Assembly (NCBI GenBank): GCA_951406725.2
Contig: OX597815.1
Coordinates: 188,170,001 to 188,234,000, forward strand
DNA from: Octopus vulgaris
Lineage: Eukaryota
Length of the DNA stretch: 64,000 nt
Direction of reading: 5' to 3'
A program made the position numbers and the translations under genes. The notes beneath the pieces are model-generated. The model was not told the origin of the DNA. It saw only the letters and a program-made list of their open reading frames with translations, and ran no database searches. Positions 50,191-64,000 of this stretch are shown in pieces (the stretch's first letter is position 1; each line of letters starts with the position of its first letter).

Positions 50191-50295
50191 TTTAGGTTTT
50201 TTTCTAAAGATTCTGCAAAGATAAATTATTTCCACCTTTGTATCATGCAAGCAATTATATTTATTCAATTTACAATAGGTTCTTTTTTTTTATTA

Positions 50296-50620
50296 TGATA
50301 CCTGTGCCAGTGGCATGTAAAAAGCACCATCCGAACGTGGCCAATACCAGCGCCGCCTTCACTGGCTTCTGTGCGGGTGGCACGTAAAAAGCACCAAGGA
50401 TTGTGGCCGCTGCCAGTCTCCCCTGGCACCTCTGCCGGTGGCACGTAAAAAGCACCCACTACACTCACGGAGTGGTTGGCGTTAGGAAGGGCATCCAGCT
50501 GTAGAAACATTGCCAGATCAGATTGGAGCCTGGTGCAGCCTCCTGGCTTCCCAGACCCCGGTCGAACCATCCAACCCATGCTAGCACGGAAAATGGATAT
50601 TAAACGATGATGATGATGAT
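50296..50620 (+). mobile_element. Family D (RTE 3' end)
   Basis: Three gtggcaygtaaaaagcacc units, then the D end and (GAT)n. Confidence 0.85.
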
Positions 50621-52770
50621 GTATTTTAAAGCATTCCGTTACAATACTGACATGGACAAAGGCAAAACCTCTTCATAGTTACTTGTTTTGCATGCAGACG
50701 GTGGTTTAGTAAGTATATCCAGTACAATAGATCCATGGATTGCACTTAACCATTTGACTGGTTACTTTTGTGTCAGAGGTCATGCATGAACAAGGCCTCC
50801 CTGAACCTTCACAACAACAATGGAAGCAAGAAAAACAACAGCAACAGTTGTAATACTTTTCATAGTCATTCATGCTTAATGATGTTAGTATATGGAAGTA
50901 TAATATCATTATATTTGCAATTAATAATTTACGACTATTATTCAGGAATACAAACCTGTTCAGGCTAAATTGCACCATTATTATGTATGAAAATTTGACC
51001 CCATGATCTAGAATAGATGGTATTTACTGAATGGTTTTATTTTTGTATTAGATAGTCTCCAACCCATATAGTGATCACATATTGATATTTTCTATTATTA
51101 AATTTTCTGTAGAAGGTAAGCATTCTGACTAGTGATAATAAAGTATTCTTATAAATGTCAAATTTCTAGATTAATTACTATATATGCTGCTTTCCTCCTG
51201 TTCTAGGAACAAAGGTCATTTTGCCTTGTGACTTTGACATTTCAAATGAAAATGGTTCCACTGTGGACAAGATCAACAGGTTTTTCTATATTCCATTTAG
51301 CAGAGTTGAACAATATTCATCCTCTGCTTGTATGTTTGATTTATAGAACAAATCAAGCGATGTGTAAAGTAGTATGAACTGATATTTTGTAATTCAAGCT
51401 GGCCTGCTGGTAGAGAGCTAGCAAGAGATGAATGGCAGCGTTTTCACTAGTTTGCCAAGTGTAAGCTTATGGATAATAACATATAATATGTAACCAATGC
51501 AACAAAAATTGCTAATGGTGCTTTTCTGTCTAGATCAATGAAATGCTATTCTGTTTCACTGAAGCTATTTAATATTTCTATAAATAGTGAGAAGACTTTG
51601 TTGCAGAAACATAAGAACATTTATTTTGACAATAAATAGAGTTAGTCAGTGAAATCATAGTAACACGTCCGTCCGCTGGTAGTCACTACATGTTGTCACA
51701 TAATCCTAAGTGACAACAGCAAAATGGAATGACATATCATTGAAACCAGGGAGATATTTCCAACGGTTTGTTCCAGCTCTCAAGTACTTGTTATTTCTTT
51801 GTTTTCTCATTTATTTCACAAAGTGGAGGTGATTGGATTTATATGATTAAGTGTTACCAGTCTGTATTCTGTTACTGGTTCTATTGTGGAATGTGCAGCA
51901 AAGGCTGTTGTCTTTCGTGAGTAATAAGTCATTTTTAGATTTTTTGATTTTCACACTTATCCTTTTACTAGTTTCAGTCATTTCAAAAGCTGTGGCCAAG
52001 CTGTAGCACTACCTTTAACGGTTTCAGTCAGTCACATCAACCCCCGCGACTTATTTCAGTGAGGTCTCTTGATTTATCAATCTCCATCTATTGAATAGCT
52101 AAGTTACCTTTTGATGCGACTTCATACATCTTTTTTTTTCAAAACACACACACACACACGAGCCCTTCCCCCCATATATATATATACTTTTATTCTTTTA
52201 TGTGTTTCATCCCAGTGGTTGTGGCCATGCTGGGGCACCATATTCTAAAATGTCTCTTTTCTATAATTATCAAAGGTATATCATCCTGAGAAATAGAAAC
52301 TATTCGAGGAATTATAAGAGCAGTGTCCTTCCTTGACCTTTACTAGCCATTCCAGGCTGGTGAGAAAAAAAAATATAGTTAACATTTTAAGATTGAATTT
52401 TTGTTTCTTGATACAGATGAGAAAAATGGCGGCAGGGTTGAAATTCCAGTGGATGCAGTTCTGAGTAAGAATGATTGACTAAATGTTCCATATATGACTT
52501 GGAAGACGAGACATAGAATGAGAGGAGAAGGGAGGAACTATTCTGATGGTGGTAGTAAGCTGGCAGAATCATTTGCAGATCAGACAAATGCTTAGTAACA
52601 TATCTTCCAGGTCTTTACGTTCTGAGTTCAAATTCCACCAAGGTCGACTCTGCCTTCCATTTTATTTTTTGTTAGGTTGATAAAATAAGTTCATTGGAAT
52701 AATGCAATGCAACCTTTTTCCCTAAGATGTTAGATAGGGTGTGCTTTGAATTAATTTAGCTGCTATTTCT

Positions 52771-53176
52771 TATTTCATTAATGCCCACAAGGGGCTACAC
52801 ACAAAGGGGACAAACAGGGACAGACAAACGGATTAAGTCGATTATATCGACCCCAGTGTGTAACTGGTATTATTTAGCCAACCCTGAAAGGATGAAAGGC
52901 AAAGTCAACCTCAGTGGAATTTGAACTCAGAACGTAGCGGCAGATGAAATATTTCTTTACTACCCACAAGGGGCTAAACACAGGACAAACAAGGAATGAC
53001 AAATGGATTAAGTCGATTATATCGACCCCATTGCATAACTGATACTTAATTTATCGGCCCCGAAAGGATGAAAGGCCAAGTCGACCTCGGCGAAATTTGA
53101 AGTCAGAACTTAGCAGCAGACGAAATACCGCTAAGCATTTCGCCCAGCATGTTAACGTTTCTGCCAGCTCGCCACC
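52771..53176 (-). mobile_element. SINE B dimer with 20-bp TSD
   Basis: ttaatttagctgctatttct at 52751-52770 and 53177-53196. Confidence 0.9.
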
Positions 53177-55526
53177 TTAATTTAGCTGCTATTTCTAGTA
53201 GACTGAGCAACTGCAAACAGACATCCACATTTGCTTGAGGAGAAGTGATGGATACACTCATTGGAGTTGGTTAAGATAATTACAATGTTTTCTAGTCCAG
53301 AATATTGTATTAGAATTCAAAATTGAGACTACTATTCACTCAGATAATATGTCAGCCTATTTCCAATTCTCTTTTAGTCAATTCAATTTTGAATTTAATT
53401 TTGAAATGAATAGAAATGCTAATTCAATACGGGTATGATTTAATCCACAACATCAAAGACTCCAAATTTTTACTGTTGAGTAATGGTTCAGTTAAATGAT
53501 ACTCTTAGTTTTTGTACTCTAGATTTTGTACCAGTTCAACTTCCTGTTCCAATATATAATATTAAAATCTACAAAATGCATGGTCAATATAGTACGTAGA
53601 CATTACAACAGAGCGAAACTATAACTTTCATGAAATAAAACAGTTTTGACGCTTTGATCATTAGTTTGGAAATGATTTCACTAGAAATAATTTATACAGA
53701 AACATAATCTTAAGGACTTCATCAATGATTGAAGGGAAAATATACTGAAATAGAATTATTTTCTGGTTATTCTATCACTAAGTTAAAAACTAACTAAATA
53801 AACAAGTAAATAAATATATAAATAAAAGATAGAAAGTGTTTGATCAAAGGATAAAATTATTGATGTAAAAACATTGATTAAATTGTTATTGAGTAATTTT
53901 AATCTGTAGTGTTTCATTGGAACTGTGTTCAGAAGATATCTGATTGAAAAGCGAGGAGCAACTTAGTAAATAATTCCACATCCATCTGGAACCAAATCCC
54001 ACGTTTTGATCTACAATGTTTCCTTTTATAGTGTGTTATAATGCATACAAAGTTAGTCCAGGGTATCAATCTAAACATGCTTTAACTAGTCTGGTTTACA
54101 GGATTCTGGGGTCGTTGCTCACATCTGTTTAATTTATGCAAGAATGTAATTAAAATTAAAGCAACATATGCAACCACAATCAAATAGAAATTTGCTTTAA
54201 TTTTCTGTTTATTTTTAGCTACTTCTTAATTCTGCAGACAATACGATTTTATGCAAGCCTTATTTGAAGGTATTCAGTAACACTTGTAATATCAAAATTC
54301 TGTTACAAAACTGCTTACTAACTTGTATATATTTTCATCTGTATAGCTAGGTGACAAGTTGGCAGAATTGTGGAATTCCAACCATGTTTTGTGGTTTGCT
54401 ACATCAACAACTCCTTTATAGGATCCAGTTGCTAAGGACATCATCAAGAAGAACCACATCCCCCTTATCCTCTTCCATTTTTGACATGGCAGGGCTGCCC
54501 TCCCCCAACCTTTCAAAGGTGTCTTCAGCTATGGTGTTGAGTGTGTTTTCTTTTTTCTTTGGCTTTTTGTTCTTTGGTTTCTTCGATGAAGTATCAATGA
54601 ATGTTAATGGGCAAATGGCCACTCTGCCAAATTTCCCTTCAAATACTTGCCAGTAGGCTCCAGCAGTCAGCACCAGCTAACTGTCACATGACACAATCTA
54701 AGCTTCAACTAATCAATGGAGGGGAAGGGTGCATAGTTTGGGCCCATGTCCTCTCTACCAGGCAAAATGCTTAGTGGCCTTTCGTTTGTATTTGCATTCT
54801 GAGTTCAAATTCTACCCAAGCCAACTTTGCCTTTTATCTTCTCAGGGTCAATAAAATAAGTACCAGTTGAGCACTGGGATTGATATAATTGACTTAACTC
54901 TACTTCTGGCTATGAGCATATATAAAAAACAGTATCCCTCTACCAAACCATGTCAAGCCAATGTTGCACAATAGGCTCATCAAACCAGTATGATCTCAAG
55001 TGGGGAGAACATACTGAAGCCTTCATCCTGCAGTGGACTGAACATGAGAAATCCAATCCAGTCCAAACCAACTCAGTAGCTAGATTATATTCTTCACAGT
55101 ACTTTACTCTACTTATTCTTAAATTCATTCAAAAAGCCAAGTCTGCCAGTAAAAACAATTAATATTGCTAAATTTAGTTAATAAATATATATTGTGTAGA
55201 AAGACAATAGTCCTGGCAATATTTCTACAGTAACTTATTTACTTCATTTGTTTGTGCTGTACAATAGTGAGATAAGGTAGAGGCCAATAAAGCATGGGCC
55301 TTGGGCACCAATTCTAAGCAGTGCCAAAATCCTGATTTATTTATTTATTTTGACTTGGTAGAGATAATTTTATGTCAACCAACCTCTTTTTGTTTTCCAA
55401 ATTTTGGTGAATATGAAATCAAACTAGTGCATTAATTGACATACAAACAATTAATTAACTTATACACATTCAATCACATGCACACACGCTCATGCATGTA
55501 CATATACATACATGTACACACTCATT

Positions 55527-55742
55527 CATTCTTTGTATTTGTTTCAGTCATTTGACGGCGGCTTTACTGGAGCACCACCTTTAGTCACACAAATCAACCT
55601 GAGGACTTATTCTTTGAAAGCCTTGTACTTACCCTATCAGTCTCTTTTGCCAAACCACTAAGTTACAGGGACATAAACACACCAACATCGGTTGTCAAGC
55701 GATGGTGGAAGGACAAACACAGACACACATACAAATATATAC

Positions 55743-55825
<83 letters not shown>

Positions 55826-55978
55826 GACGGGCTTCTTTCAGTTTCCGTCTACCAAATCCACTCACAAGGATGAGACTATAGTAGAAGAAACTTGCCCAAG
55901 GTGCCACGCAGTGGGACTGAACCCGGAACCATGTGGTTGGTAGGCAAGCTACTTACCACACGGCCACTCCTGCGCCTA
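55527..55978 (-). mobile_element. SINE family A
   Basis: Reverse copy with expanded (TA)n. Confidence 0.85.
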
Positions 55979-56896
55979 CGTGTTTGTATATTAATATCAT
56001 AAAAGTAACATTATTTTTACAAATTATAGAATGAGTACTCAACATCCACAAGAGAGAAAAATATATACAGAATGAAAAGAAAACTGAGAAAAACTGTAAT
56101 CATTAATCCATCGAAGCAAAAGCTAAAAGAAAATCAGATTTGCTGATGGCTTCAGCTCAAACTTTCTAAGTTATCATAGGAGAGAAGGGGGAAAAAAAAT
56201 GTTATAACTAGTTGAGTCAGATAATTGGGTAAGAGAAAACTTCACAGAGTATTTGACTTCAACTGTAAAGGTGTTGAGAATATTAATTACTTTATTGATT
56301 TTAGTTTGAAGACTAGCTTGCTGGTCAGCAGAACAAAGGATGCAACAAATCCTTGAAGTTGCAGATCAGTAGGATATCTCGTTTCTTTAGTTCTTTTAAA
56401 GATTATGTTTAATATATTTACTAAATATGTGATACTTCTCATATTGCAAGGATCATTATTTCTAATCTCATTGGGGGATATTCAGAAAAATGTTGAAAAA
56501 AATAAAAAAAGAAAAAGAAAGAAAAAAATAAAGAAACACATGCGAATAAAGTATGAATGGTATTTAAGATATCATTGTTTGTTTTCTTTTTTTTATTATT
56601 TGTTGTGTATGTTTTCTTTCTTTTGTGAGTCTTCCTCTATTCGCTTTTTCAGCCTAACATTCTGTCAAGCTGAAAAATAAAATAAGCAACATATTTTATT
56701 TTAAATATCGGTGATGCTATCTTCAGAGCACTTGATATGTGGCTTTTAATAGCAGTAATTATTTACATTGTCCTTGTATGACCAGCATACTTACAGAGAC
56801 AATAAAAAAATTACTGCATACTGCATTAATTTTAATGAGTTTTTAATTTCTTTTTTGTAGCTGTTGTTGTTTTCTATTGCCTTTTCATACAGTTAA

Positions 56897-57200
56897 AACA
56901 CATGGCTTAGTGGTTAGAGTATTTAGCTCACAAATGTAAGGTCATGAGTTCAATTCATGGAGATGAGTTGTGTCCTTGAGCAAGACACTTTATTTTATGT
57001 TGCTCCAGTTCACTCAGCTGGCAAAAGTGAGTTGTACCTGTATTTCAAAAGGCCTAGCTTTGACACATTCTGCATCATACTGAAGTTCCCAGTACGTGTG
57101 TCTGTGGAGTTCTCAGCCACTTGCATGTTAATTTCATGAGCAAGCTGCTCCATTTATTGGATCAACTGGAACCCTTATCGTTGTAACTGACGGAATGCCA
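56897..57200 (+). mobile_element. SINE family E
   Basis: Head, CORE-like domain and E tail. Confidence 0.8.
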
Positions 57201-57365
57201 GTTTTTTTTTTACATACATGAAGCTTTTTCAAATTTCATTTTCACCAGATTATTATTTATATATCCAACTATTTTCCCCTGGTGAAGTTCCTTTCATTTA
57301 GTCAAGCTTTGATCAGTTAGGATCGAACCAACATCTGTTTTACAATAGAGTTGTTCTCCATGCAA

Positions 57366-57567
57366 TCCTGGCTATAAGGGTATTGTGAAAGGTCTGGTTG
57401 GAGGCCCAAACTTTTGAGATTTTTAACCGGGCTAAGAAAAACTGAAGGACCATTGCAATAAGTGTGTGAATCTCAGAGGGGAATATGTTGAATAAAATCA
57501 TAATTATCTGATCCTCCTGTATTTTCTTTTTACCCCAAAATCAGGAACTTTTCAGCACAACTTTGTA
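57366..57567 (+). mobile_element. Mariner-derived MITE, uninterrupted copy with eroded left end
   Basis: Collinear with 32753-33389 minus the SINE; encodes HCNKCVNLRGEYVE*. Confidence 0.75.
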
Positions 57568-57614
57568 ATATTTTGTAGATTCACATGACACCTCATCTTT
57601 TTTTTTTTCTGTTT

Positions 57615-58232
57615 AGTAAAACTGAAAGAAGCCTGTCATATATAAGTATATAAATCAAATGGAAATTGTAGTTGTGATACCCGTGCTGGTGGCATGTAAA
57701 AAGCACCATCCAAACGTGGCCGATGCCAGTGCCACCTTGATTGGCATCTGTGCCGGTGACACGTAAAAAGCACCAACTGATCATGGCCGTTTGCCAGCCT
57801 CCTCTGGCCCCTGTGCGGTTGTGGCATGTAAAATGCACCCACTACACTCAAGGAGTGGTTAGCATTAGGAAGGGCATCCGGCTGTAGAAACACTGCCAGA
57901 TCAGACTGGAGCCTGGTGCAGCCTTCTGGCTTCCCAGATCCCGGACGAACCGTCTAACCCATGCTAGCATGGAAAACGGGCGTTAAACGATGATGATGAT
58001 GATGATGATATATGTATGTGTATGTATATGTTTGTGTATCTGTGTTTGTCCGCCCCCAACATCGCTTGGTGTGTTTACATCCCCGTAACTTAGCGGTTTG
58101 GCAAAAGAGATTGATAGAATAAGTACTAAGCTTACAAAGAATAAGTCCTGGGGTCAATTTGCTCGACTAAATGCGGTGCTCCAGCATGGCCACAGTCAAA
58201 TGACTGAAACAAGTAAAAAGAAAAAACAGAGT
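57615..58232 (+). mobile_element. SINE A body with family D (57652-58008) inserted in its microsatellite
   Basis: aaactgaaagaagcctgtcatata, then D, then the A 3' half. Confidence 0.8.
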
Positions 58233-59319
58233 AAGTGATGTACAAAGCACTGCTAACACAGAAGAACACAGTATTAGTTTGTAAAATCGTTTACTATACT
58301 TTGTAGTGTATCATGATTGCATAACAAAATACTGTGTCCTTACAGATCATTAAGTATGCATTTCAGTATCTTTAAAATCTCATTACAACAGGACATAGAT
58401 AATTAATGAATTTCAGTCAAAATTCCAAAGTTATGCATAAATAGAGTTGTATAAGAAAATGAAATGAAATAAAGATGTTATAAAAATATTTATGAGAGGT
58501 TACTATGGTTACAGTTCCTTCCTCCAGGCATAACAAAAACAACAGAAATGACATGCATTTGTGTTACAATAAGGATACTTTAATCTTGGCATTTGATAAT
58601 AAATATCTTGAACGATGTGAAGACTCATGCAATTATGTATGCAGTCACGTCAATGGAATAATAATTCAGTTAAGTTTTAATTTCAATATTATACAATTTT
58701 GCCTTGATCAGATGGTTTATTCCAATAAGGCTGATTGGCACATTTTCAGGAGACACTAATGTTGGAAACATAATCAATGGTTAATTCAAAAGTAATTTTC
58801 TTCCCTTTTCTAATTACAGTAATGATTTACAAGATATAGAAAAAAAAAAAAAAAAAGAAACCCCAAGAATGTTAAATACTTGTAAAAAAACGACCAAAAA
58901 ACTGATCTATATAAGTTTAATCTCTATAATGCAAAGATTTTAAAATGAAGTGACAGTATATCAAAGAATTACTGTACTTCATAATTGAAATGGATTCCAT
59001 GTATGGTATTCAGAAATATTTGAGTAATTCTAAATGAAATAGAAAATTATCTGGAATTGATAATTATTTCGAAATAATTCAGGTTAAAAATATAGGACAA
59101 ACTATGGTGTTATGAAATATCTTCTGTATTTCTATTCCCTGCTGTATAACACATTGACTTGTTTTTCATTGATTCAGGTAACATATCAGTTTCTCTATGA
59201 GAAGGGGTTGCTAGATCCTTATGCAACCTTTCTCTCTTTCTGGTGATGACTGAAATGCTGTTTGTGATAGCACAAGACCCTTCTCACATCAAACTGTTGA
59301 CAATTTCAAAAGATAACTA

Positions 59320-59371
59320 GATAGGTAGGTAGGTGGGTGGATAGATAGACGGATAGATAGATAGATAGATG

Positions 59372-59432
<61 letters not shown>

Positions 59433-59433
59433 G

Positions 59434-59476
<43 letters not shown>
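59320..59476. repeat. (GATA)n microsatellite
   Basis: Direct reading. Confidence 0.95.
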
Positions 59477-60121
59477 GACTTGAACCCAGTCACTGAGAAG
59501 TGGCCAGCAGTTTTGAAGAGAAGGGATTAGTTAAAGTCATTGACCCCAGTACATGACTGATACTTTATTTTATCAACCCCAAAAAGATAAAAGGCAAAGT
59601 TGACATTGATAAAATTTGAACCCAGAATGTAGAGATTTAGAAGAAATAACACAAGGCATTTTGTTTAATGCTCTAATGCTTCTGTTATTCCACTGCCCTG
59701 GGTACTTTACTGACACCGGAATGACAAAAGACAAAGTTGAACTCAGAGAGCAGAGAGTCAGTATAAATACCACAAGGTATGTTATTTCAGATTCTAATAT
59801 CCCTACCAATTCAGTGGTTTACTTTGAAATTGTGCGACCACACAATTAGTTTGTAATATATGTGTCTATAACCAATACCATTGATATTGATACCACTTTG
59901 CTATACTGTTCCTCCTCATGCAGCATGACTGTCTGGTAAGAAGTTTACTTCCCACTCACATGGTTCTGGGTTCAGTCCCACTGTGTGGCACCTTGGACAA
60001 ATGTCTCCTTTGGTCTCAAGTTGACCAGAGCCTTGTGAATAGATGTGATAACAGAAATTGAAAGAAGCCTGTCATGTATATATATATGTATCATTATCAT
60101 CATCATCATTGCTTGACATCT

Positions 60122-61204
60122 ACAGAAATACCTACTTCAGAAGCAAGGGAAACTAATACAAATAGCCACAAAACACAAAGAAAACAAAAAAACTGTTTTC
60201 AGTCTTTAAGGAAGCTGAAAAATACAAGAAAGAATTCATAGTACCTAATAACTATGGAGAAAAAGAAGAAACAACAAAAGCTATTATACAACTGAAATTG
60301 AAACTAAAACTGGAACAGCAACGGCTCATGATAAAACGATGGCAAGAAAAGCCCCTTCATGGCAAATATTGGGTTAGACTAAACGCAAAAGATATAGACT
60401 AAGCAAAATCCCAAGAATTGGAGAAGCTTGGGACTCAAAGCAGAGACTGAAGGATTTTTAATTTCAGCACAAAAACCAAAGCCTCCCCCGCCAGCAATTT
60501 CCAAAAACATGTAATGAAAAGAAACATAACAAATAACTGTAGAATATGTGGAGATTGACAAGAAACAATAAACCATATTGTCTCTAGCTGTCCAGTCCTG
60601 GCTAAGAAGGAATATATTCACAGACACGACAAAGTTGGGACCTATATACACTGGAAACTATGCCAACACTATAAAATAACAACAGAAAAAAGATGGTATA
60701 AAAACACGCCAGAAAAGGTCACAGAAAATGAGAAAGCAACCATACTCTGGGATATGCTAATACACGCAGATAGAAAAATTAAGGCCAATAGGCCAGATAT
60801 AGTTGTTAGAGATCACCAAGAAAAAAAAATGCTTTCTAATCGATGTTTCAATACCAACAGATGACAAAGTTTCTCTAAAAGAAACGGAGTAAATTTCAAA
60901 ATACAAAGACCTGGAAATAGAGGTAACTCAAATATGGAGCCTAAAAACAGAAACAATTCCTATCATAGTGGGCGCATTAGGTATGATAAAAAATATTCAG
61001 ACAAATACATAACAAAAACACCAGGACTAGCAAGTGTAGGTAACACACAGAAAATAGCACTACTAGGCACCATACACACATCCTACGTAAAACACTTTCA
61101 ATACAGTAAAAATAAGAGCATCACAACAAACCACAGCACATACCCAAGGCACACAGAGCTGTGCTCAGTAGTGCAGTGAAAGCATGTGATAAAAATAAGA
61201 CTAT

Positions 61205-61207
<3 letters not shown>
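60122..61207 (+). pseudogene. 5'-truncated Dong/R4 non-LTR retrotransposon (CCHC knuckle plus restriction-like endonuclease)
   Basis: LKAETEGFLISAQ..CRICGD*QETINHIVSSCPVLAKKEYIHRHDKV..IHWKLC..ILWD..ANRPDIVV..FLIDVSIP..KYKDL..PIIVGALG; ends in (TAA)n. Confidence 0.9.
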
Positions 61208-61244
<37 letters not shown>

Positions 61245-61250
61245 TAATAA

Positions 61251-61299
<49 letters not shown>

Positions 61300-61308
61300 T
61301 AATAATAA

Positions 61309-61393
<85 letters not shown>

Positions 61394-61454
61394 TAATAAT
61401 AATAATTAAATAATAATAATAATAATAATAATAATTAAAATAATAATAATAATA

Positions 61455-61530
<76 letters not shown>

Positions 61531-61552
61531 TAATATATAATAAAATAATAAT
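61207..61552. repeat. (TAA)n tail or target tract
   Basis: Direct reading. Confidence 0.95.
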
Positions 61553-62394
61553 TTCAACTTTTGACACAAGGCCAGCAATTTTAATGAGACAGGGTTAATT
61601 GATTACATCAACCCCAGTTCTTCATATACTTATTCTAACCACCCTAAAATGATGAAAAGCAAAATAGACCTCAGTGGCATTTGAACTCAGCTTATAAAGA
61701 ACCAGAGGAAATACTGTGAAGCATTTTAGGTGATGGGCAAATAATTCTGCTAACTTGCTGCCATAATAGAATAGGTGTATGGATATTGAATAAACTGAGA
61801 CTCAGCCTTAGAATTATACTCTTTCCATTATATGGGGGGGAAAAAAAATAGATGGCCAAAATTCAATGCACATCAAATAACTCTGATTCACTCCTCATAA
61901 ATTTTGACTAATCTTCTCCCATTTTTCTTCTCTAAGTGCTATTTGATGATAGACATAAGAATTTTTTCTAAGACAGAAAATAAACTGATGCCTGCCTTTT
62001 GTGCTCCATAGCGTTTCTTTTTATCCAAACAGCCAGACAAAGGAAACTGATATGACATTGTGTAGGTGAGAAGTGCCTGTATAATTAGCAGATGGAATTG
62101 ATAGATAGTTGCATCCATCCTACACATGATTGTAGCTATTGTCTGATCGAGCCAATGGTGGTTAGCTGCCTCTATGCAGGCACTCAGTGTTCTTGAAATA
62201 ACAGGCAAAGTTATTGTTAATCCTATCCTATTATCTAACAAAAAAAAATATATAGGGGCACCTTAGAGGATGTGAACTTGCTACATTATATGTGGAGAAA
62301 AGAGGGGGTGGTTATGGCTGGAACGTTTTTGATCCAGAGCTAACCTGAGCCTAGATAACAACAACACCAGCAGGAACAACAGCAGCAACTACAA

Positions 62395-62764
62395 GTGGAG
62401 GCGCAATGGCCCAGTGGTTAGGGCAGTGGACTCGCAGTCGGAGGATCACGGTTTCGATTCCCAGACCGGGCGTTGTGTGTGTTTATTGAGCGAAAACACG
62501 AGGCTCCGGCAGTGGGTGATGGTGACCCCTGGTGTACTCTTTCGCCCCCAACTTTCTCTCACTCTTTCTTCCTGTTTCTTGTCCCCGACTTCCTATGCAA
62601 CCGCTGAGCCTGGATGCGCATTCATCCATCCGTCGATGCTCTCGGTGTCGGGGGTTGACCTGCTTTCTCTTCTGCAGGTCTTACGAACAGCAAAGGACCA
62701 CGAGGTGCGATCTTGCAAACTCTGGGATGAAGACCGCTTCACTCAGCAAACAAACAAACAAACA
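62395..62764 (+). mobile_element. SINE with C head, a third tail type and (CAAA)n end; TSD of about 20 bp
   Basis: aacaacagcagcaactacaa at 62375-62394 versus aacaacagcaacaactacaa at 62765-62784. Confidence 0.85.
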
Positions 62765-63518
62765 AACAACAGCAACAACTACAATAATGCCTGCTGTCTA
62801 AAGCTCAGATGTTCTGCATTAATCATACAAACACTAACTTCAGAATTCTCTCTTTTTCCATGGCACACTAACATCTTTAGTTCTGTTAACTTTACTGAAC
62901 AGAAAAGTTACTTTGCTAGCATAAGCTGAAAGTATTTTTATTCATTTATTTATTGTCTAATTAAGTATGGTGCCTTCAAGTAATATGTTGCTCAGCTGTG
63001 AGGCTAGAGCATTGTATGACTTCATGTAGGTTTTAACTAGTACACCTTAACTTCATTTATAACTGAAACTTCTAAATTTTCTATTTTCCAAAACTATTGT
63101 TTTCAATTTATATGGTTTTATTCAAATATATGCACTGTTCCTTACCTAATTTATACTCCTTCCAGCATTTTTGTTTCTTTTTCTTCTAAATTGGATTTCT
63201 TCCTAATATTTTATTATAGAATGTTACTAAGTTGAAACATGCCTAGATTCATTCCAGCTTCACCACTATGTCTTCATTCAATTTTTTCCATAATTTAGAA
63301 GAATATGAGCAAGTTCCAACAACTTGCTTGAATCTGTGATTTGGTTTTGACTATCAGAATTTTTCAGTTCATGAATGTTATTATTAATATCAAAGTAGTA
63401 ATGAATGATATTATTTCTCTCTCGGTTACTTTTCAAAAAAGTCTTGTGTTAAATTAACTCTTAAATATAAATCTCCCGTTCATGCTAGAAACTAGAGATT
63501 TTGATTAAATGGTGTTAA

Positions 63519-63908
63519 TCTCTATATATTTAAAGCTGAAGTTGTCTGTGTATGGCAGGTTTGGTAGCCTTCAACTAACCCTATCTCCTCTGAGACCCTG
63601 GGGTGCAAGTTGACCAAAATTGAGAGTATGATAGAAGAAGGCTTGCTCTTCCTTCTGTAGAAAAAAAATCCAAATCAGACCATGTTAACACCAAAATTAT
63701 TTACATCAAAAAGGTGCTTTTTTTCTATGAAAATCCCTATCTTTTACGATATTTTGACTGCTGTGTCGCCATTCTTTGGTGTATTTCAACCAGAAAAATG
63801 TTCACTTAAAGAGAATAACAAGCTACATAATGCAAAACTTTTACTTTTCAAAAATTCCAATTCTAAATGGTCGAAACAAACCTGAGCAATGCTGGGCGAT
63901 ACTGCTAG
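63519..63908 (+). mobile_element. Non-autonomous Helitron, second copy
   Basis: A|TC ... CTAG|T; homologous to 7684-8047 with an extra internal segment of about 30 bp. Confidence 0.85.
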
Positions 63909-64000
63909 TCTAGTATAAAAATCATAAAAATAAAACTATTTCATAAATTTGGGTGAAACTTGGTGATCGAATATAATGACAGCTGATGTACATTGTGAAT

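Noticed and set aside
50698-50708. Possible 11-nt microexon (gcag|ACGGTGGTTTA|gtaagt)
   Set aside because: Not frame-preserving and expected by chance in 64 kb.
59185-59300. Imperfect hairpin, possible pre-miRNA
   Set aside because: Pairing is short and interrupted, with a large branched loop.

Overview
AT-rich, repeat-saturated metazoan DNA that looks intronic or intergenic. The SINE inventory and microsatellite load suggest a cephalopod (Octopus); this is an inference from recalled repeat families, not a database result. I found no intact host gene, and almost every ORF in the track is a translated microsatellite or SINE. The window holds dozens of tRNA-derived SINE copies (families called A, B, C and E here) and 3' ends of RTE-type LINEs with (GAT)n tails (family D). 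It also holds decayed Penelope-like RT fragments, Dong/R4 retrotransposon fragments in (TAA)n, a full-length dead mariner, mariner- and piggyBac-type MITEs, and two non-autonomous Helitrons. The main signal is a set of short non-coding modules inside (TA)n tracts that carry type I hammerhead ribozyme folds and/or long fold-back hairpins. Hammerhead folds lie at 12445-12545 (intact core), 2172-2209, 28923-28960 and 29100-29147, and the modules are densely stacked at 28.1-29.3 kb. They look like Penelope pLTR-derived or retrozyme-like elements. Coordinates were read by eye; ends of degenerate repeats are approximate.
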